This document shows, piece by piece, positions 36,029-36,722 of a stretch of DNA of 36,722 bases. Location of the stretch: contig CAZLGE010000003.1 in the NCBI GenBank assembly GCA_964559375.1, positions 1 through 36,722 of the forward strand, in the 5' to 3' direction. Both the position numbers and the translations under genes were made by a program. Numbering within the stretch: the stretch's first letter is position 1; each line of letters begins with the position of its first letter. The notes under the pieces are model-generated. The model was not told where the DNA came from, searched no databases, and was given only the letters and a program-made list of their open reading frames with translations. Origin of the DNA: an uncultured Gammaproteobacteria bacterium. GTDB lineage: Bacteria; Patescibacteriota; Patescibacteriia; Patescibacteriales; UBA12465.

Positions 36029-36610
36029 ATGAAAAAATTTGTCGTATTTGTCTGGGAAATAGCAAAAGTCGTGGCCATATCTTTGGCGATAATCCTGCCG
36101 ATCCGTTATTACCTGATTCAGCCGTTTTACGTGAAGGGCGCCTCGATGGAACCCAATTTCTTCGATCACGAATATCTGATTATCGATGAGATCAGCTATC
36201 GTTTCACGCCGCCCGAGCGCGGACAGGTCGTCGTTTTTCGTTATCCCCGTAATCCCCAGGAATATTTTATTAAAAGAGTAATCGGGCTGCCTGGCGAAGA
36301 AATCCAGATCAAAGACGGACAAGTCTGGATATATAATGAGGAGAGTCCGGACGGTTTCCGGCTTCAGGAAGATTATTTGCCGGCTGATCTCATGACTTTT
36401 GGACAGTCAACGGACATCCAGAGCGACCGGGTCACTATCGGACTGGACGAATATTACGTCCTTGGCGATAATCGTAATGCTTCTAAAGATTCTCGTAGTT
36501 TCGGACCGGTTAGTCGTAATTTTATAACCGGTAAAGTGCTCTTGCGCGGTTGGCCTTTCGATCGTGTGACCGTCTTTGACGGAAGTTATTGGCCTCAATA
36601 TAATAATTAA
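36029..36610 (+). CDS. lepB: Signal peptidase I
   Basis: 193 aa with an N-terminal TM. Box B is GASMEPN (catalytic Ser), box D is KRVIGLPGE (catalytic Lys) and box E is GDNRNASKDSR. Confidence 0.88.
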   Translation: MKKFVVFVWEIAKVVAISLAIILPIRYYLIQPFYVKGASMEPNFFDHEYLIIDEISYRFTPPERGQVVVFRYPRNPQEYFIKRVIGLPGEEIQIKDGQVWIYNEESPDGFRLQEDYLPADLMTFGQSTDIQSDRVTIGLDEYYVLGDNRNASKDSRSFGPVSRNFITGKVLLRGWPFDRVTVFDGSYWPQYNN

Positions 36611-36631
36611 TGCCTTTTTAGGATAAGCGTT

Positions 36632-36722
36632 ATGCCGAGAAGAAAAAAAACCTCCATCGAACTAGCCAAGAAGAACGAGCGCCGGACGGATAAGACCCCG
36701 GCTCGTCTGTTGGGTATGAAAG
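36632..36722 (+). CDS. Partial CDS (5' end only, continues off the right edge), basic N-terminus
   Basis: ATG at 36632, reading MPRRKKTSIELAKKNERRTDKTPARLLGMK to the window edge. No family assignment is possible. Confidence 0.3.
   Translation, partial: MPRRKKTSIELAKKNERRTDKTPARLLGMK

Noticed and set aside
1-36722. Possible UGA recoding, as in some candidate phyla.
   Set aside because: TGA terminates several genes exactly where homologues end (ruvB at 34899..34901, glyQS at 18758..18760, rmuC at 26048..26050). No conserved gene shows an in-frame TGA.
1-36722. Search for tRNA, rRNA, tmRNA, CRISPR arrays, IS elements, integrases and toxin-antitoxin or other defence cassettes.
   Set aside because: I found no T-loop (GTTCGAATC-like) or cloverleaf candidate in the intergenic regions, no spaced direct-repeat array, no terminal inverted repeats and no transposase- or integrase-like ORF. 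The only mobile element seen is the intein. This is visual scanning only, so tRNAscan-SE, Infernal or CRISPR finders should confirm it.
36632-36722. The temptation to name the right-edge partial ORF from the ...RLLGMK ending, which resembles the R-G-M-x-D start region of HisRS.
   Set aside because: Only 30 residues are visible and the resemblance rests on 2-3 residues. That is not enough for any assignment.

Overview
The window is a gene-dense (about 90% coding), mostly housekeeping stretch of a bacterial chromosome using the standard genetic code. TGA ends several well-aligned genes, so there is no UGA recoding. I found no rRNA, tRNA, CRISPR array or transposon.

Gene content suggests, as an inference only, an uncultivated small-genome bacterium such as a Patescibacteria/CPR-like lineage. 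The supporting features are a DUF134 + DUF5320 pair, a long-form Ndk, a standalone ComEC metallo-beta-lactamase domain, a Wzy-like ligase and a helicase-nuclease fusion.

Layout:
- 1..4289, minus strand: partial ORF, DUF134, DUF5320, CaCA exchanger, membrane protein, ECF sigma factor.
- 4397..8223, plus strand: ABC-exporter relic, PLD-family protein, uvrA.
- 8310..14271, minus strand, tightly spaced: IMPase-family protein, YfcE-like phosphoesterase, translin/TRAX-like protein, double-module PilB/GspE ATPase, polytopic membrane protein.
- 14408..36722, plus strand: tyrS-argS-glyQS, a 37-aa lysine-rich ORF missing from the ORF track, ComEC-MBL protein, UPF0173 hydrolase, ndk, hypothetical, gyrA, mscL, rmuC, NTase-like protein, O-antigen-ligase-like protein, M16 peptidase, intein-containing UvrD-type helicase/Fe-S nuclease, ruvB, queA, lepB, partial ORF.

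Most interesting observations:
1. A 361-aa intein sits exactly in helicase motif III of the helicase-nuclease. Its central domain looks GIY-YIG-like rather than LAGLIDADG or HNH.
2. A single 1003-aa ORF encodes two complete and apparently active PilB/GspE ATPase modules.
3. A bacterial translin-family protein retains the TRAX-type acidic catalytic residues.
4. A 79-aa in-frame relic of an ABC exporter is start/stop-coupled to the next gene.
5. A 37-aa, 57% Lys/Arg ORF has its own promoter, consensus Shine-Dalgarno sequence and terminator.
6. The UvrA lacks the UvrB-binding domain.

All family assignments come from motif recognition by eye. No database search was run.
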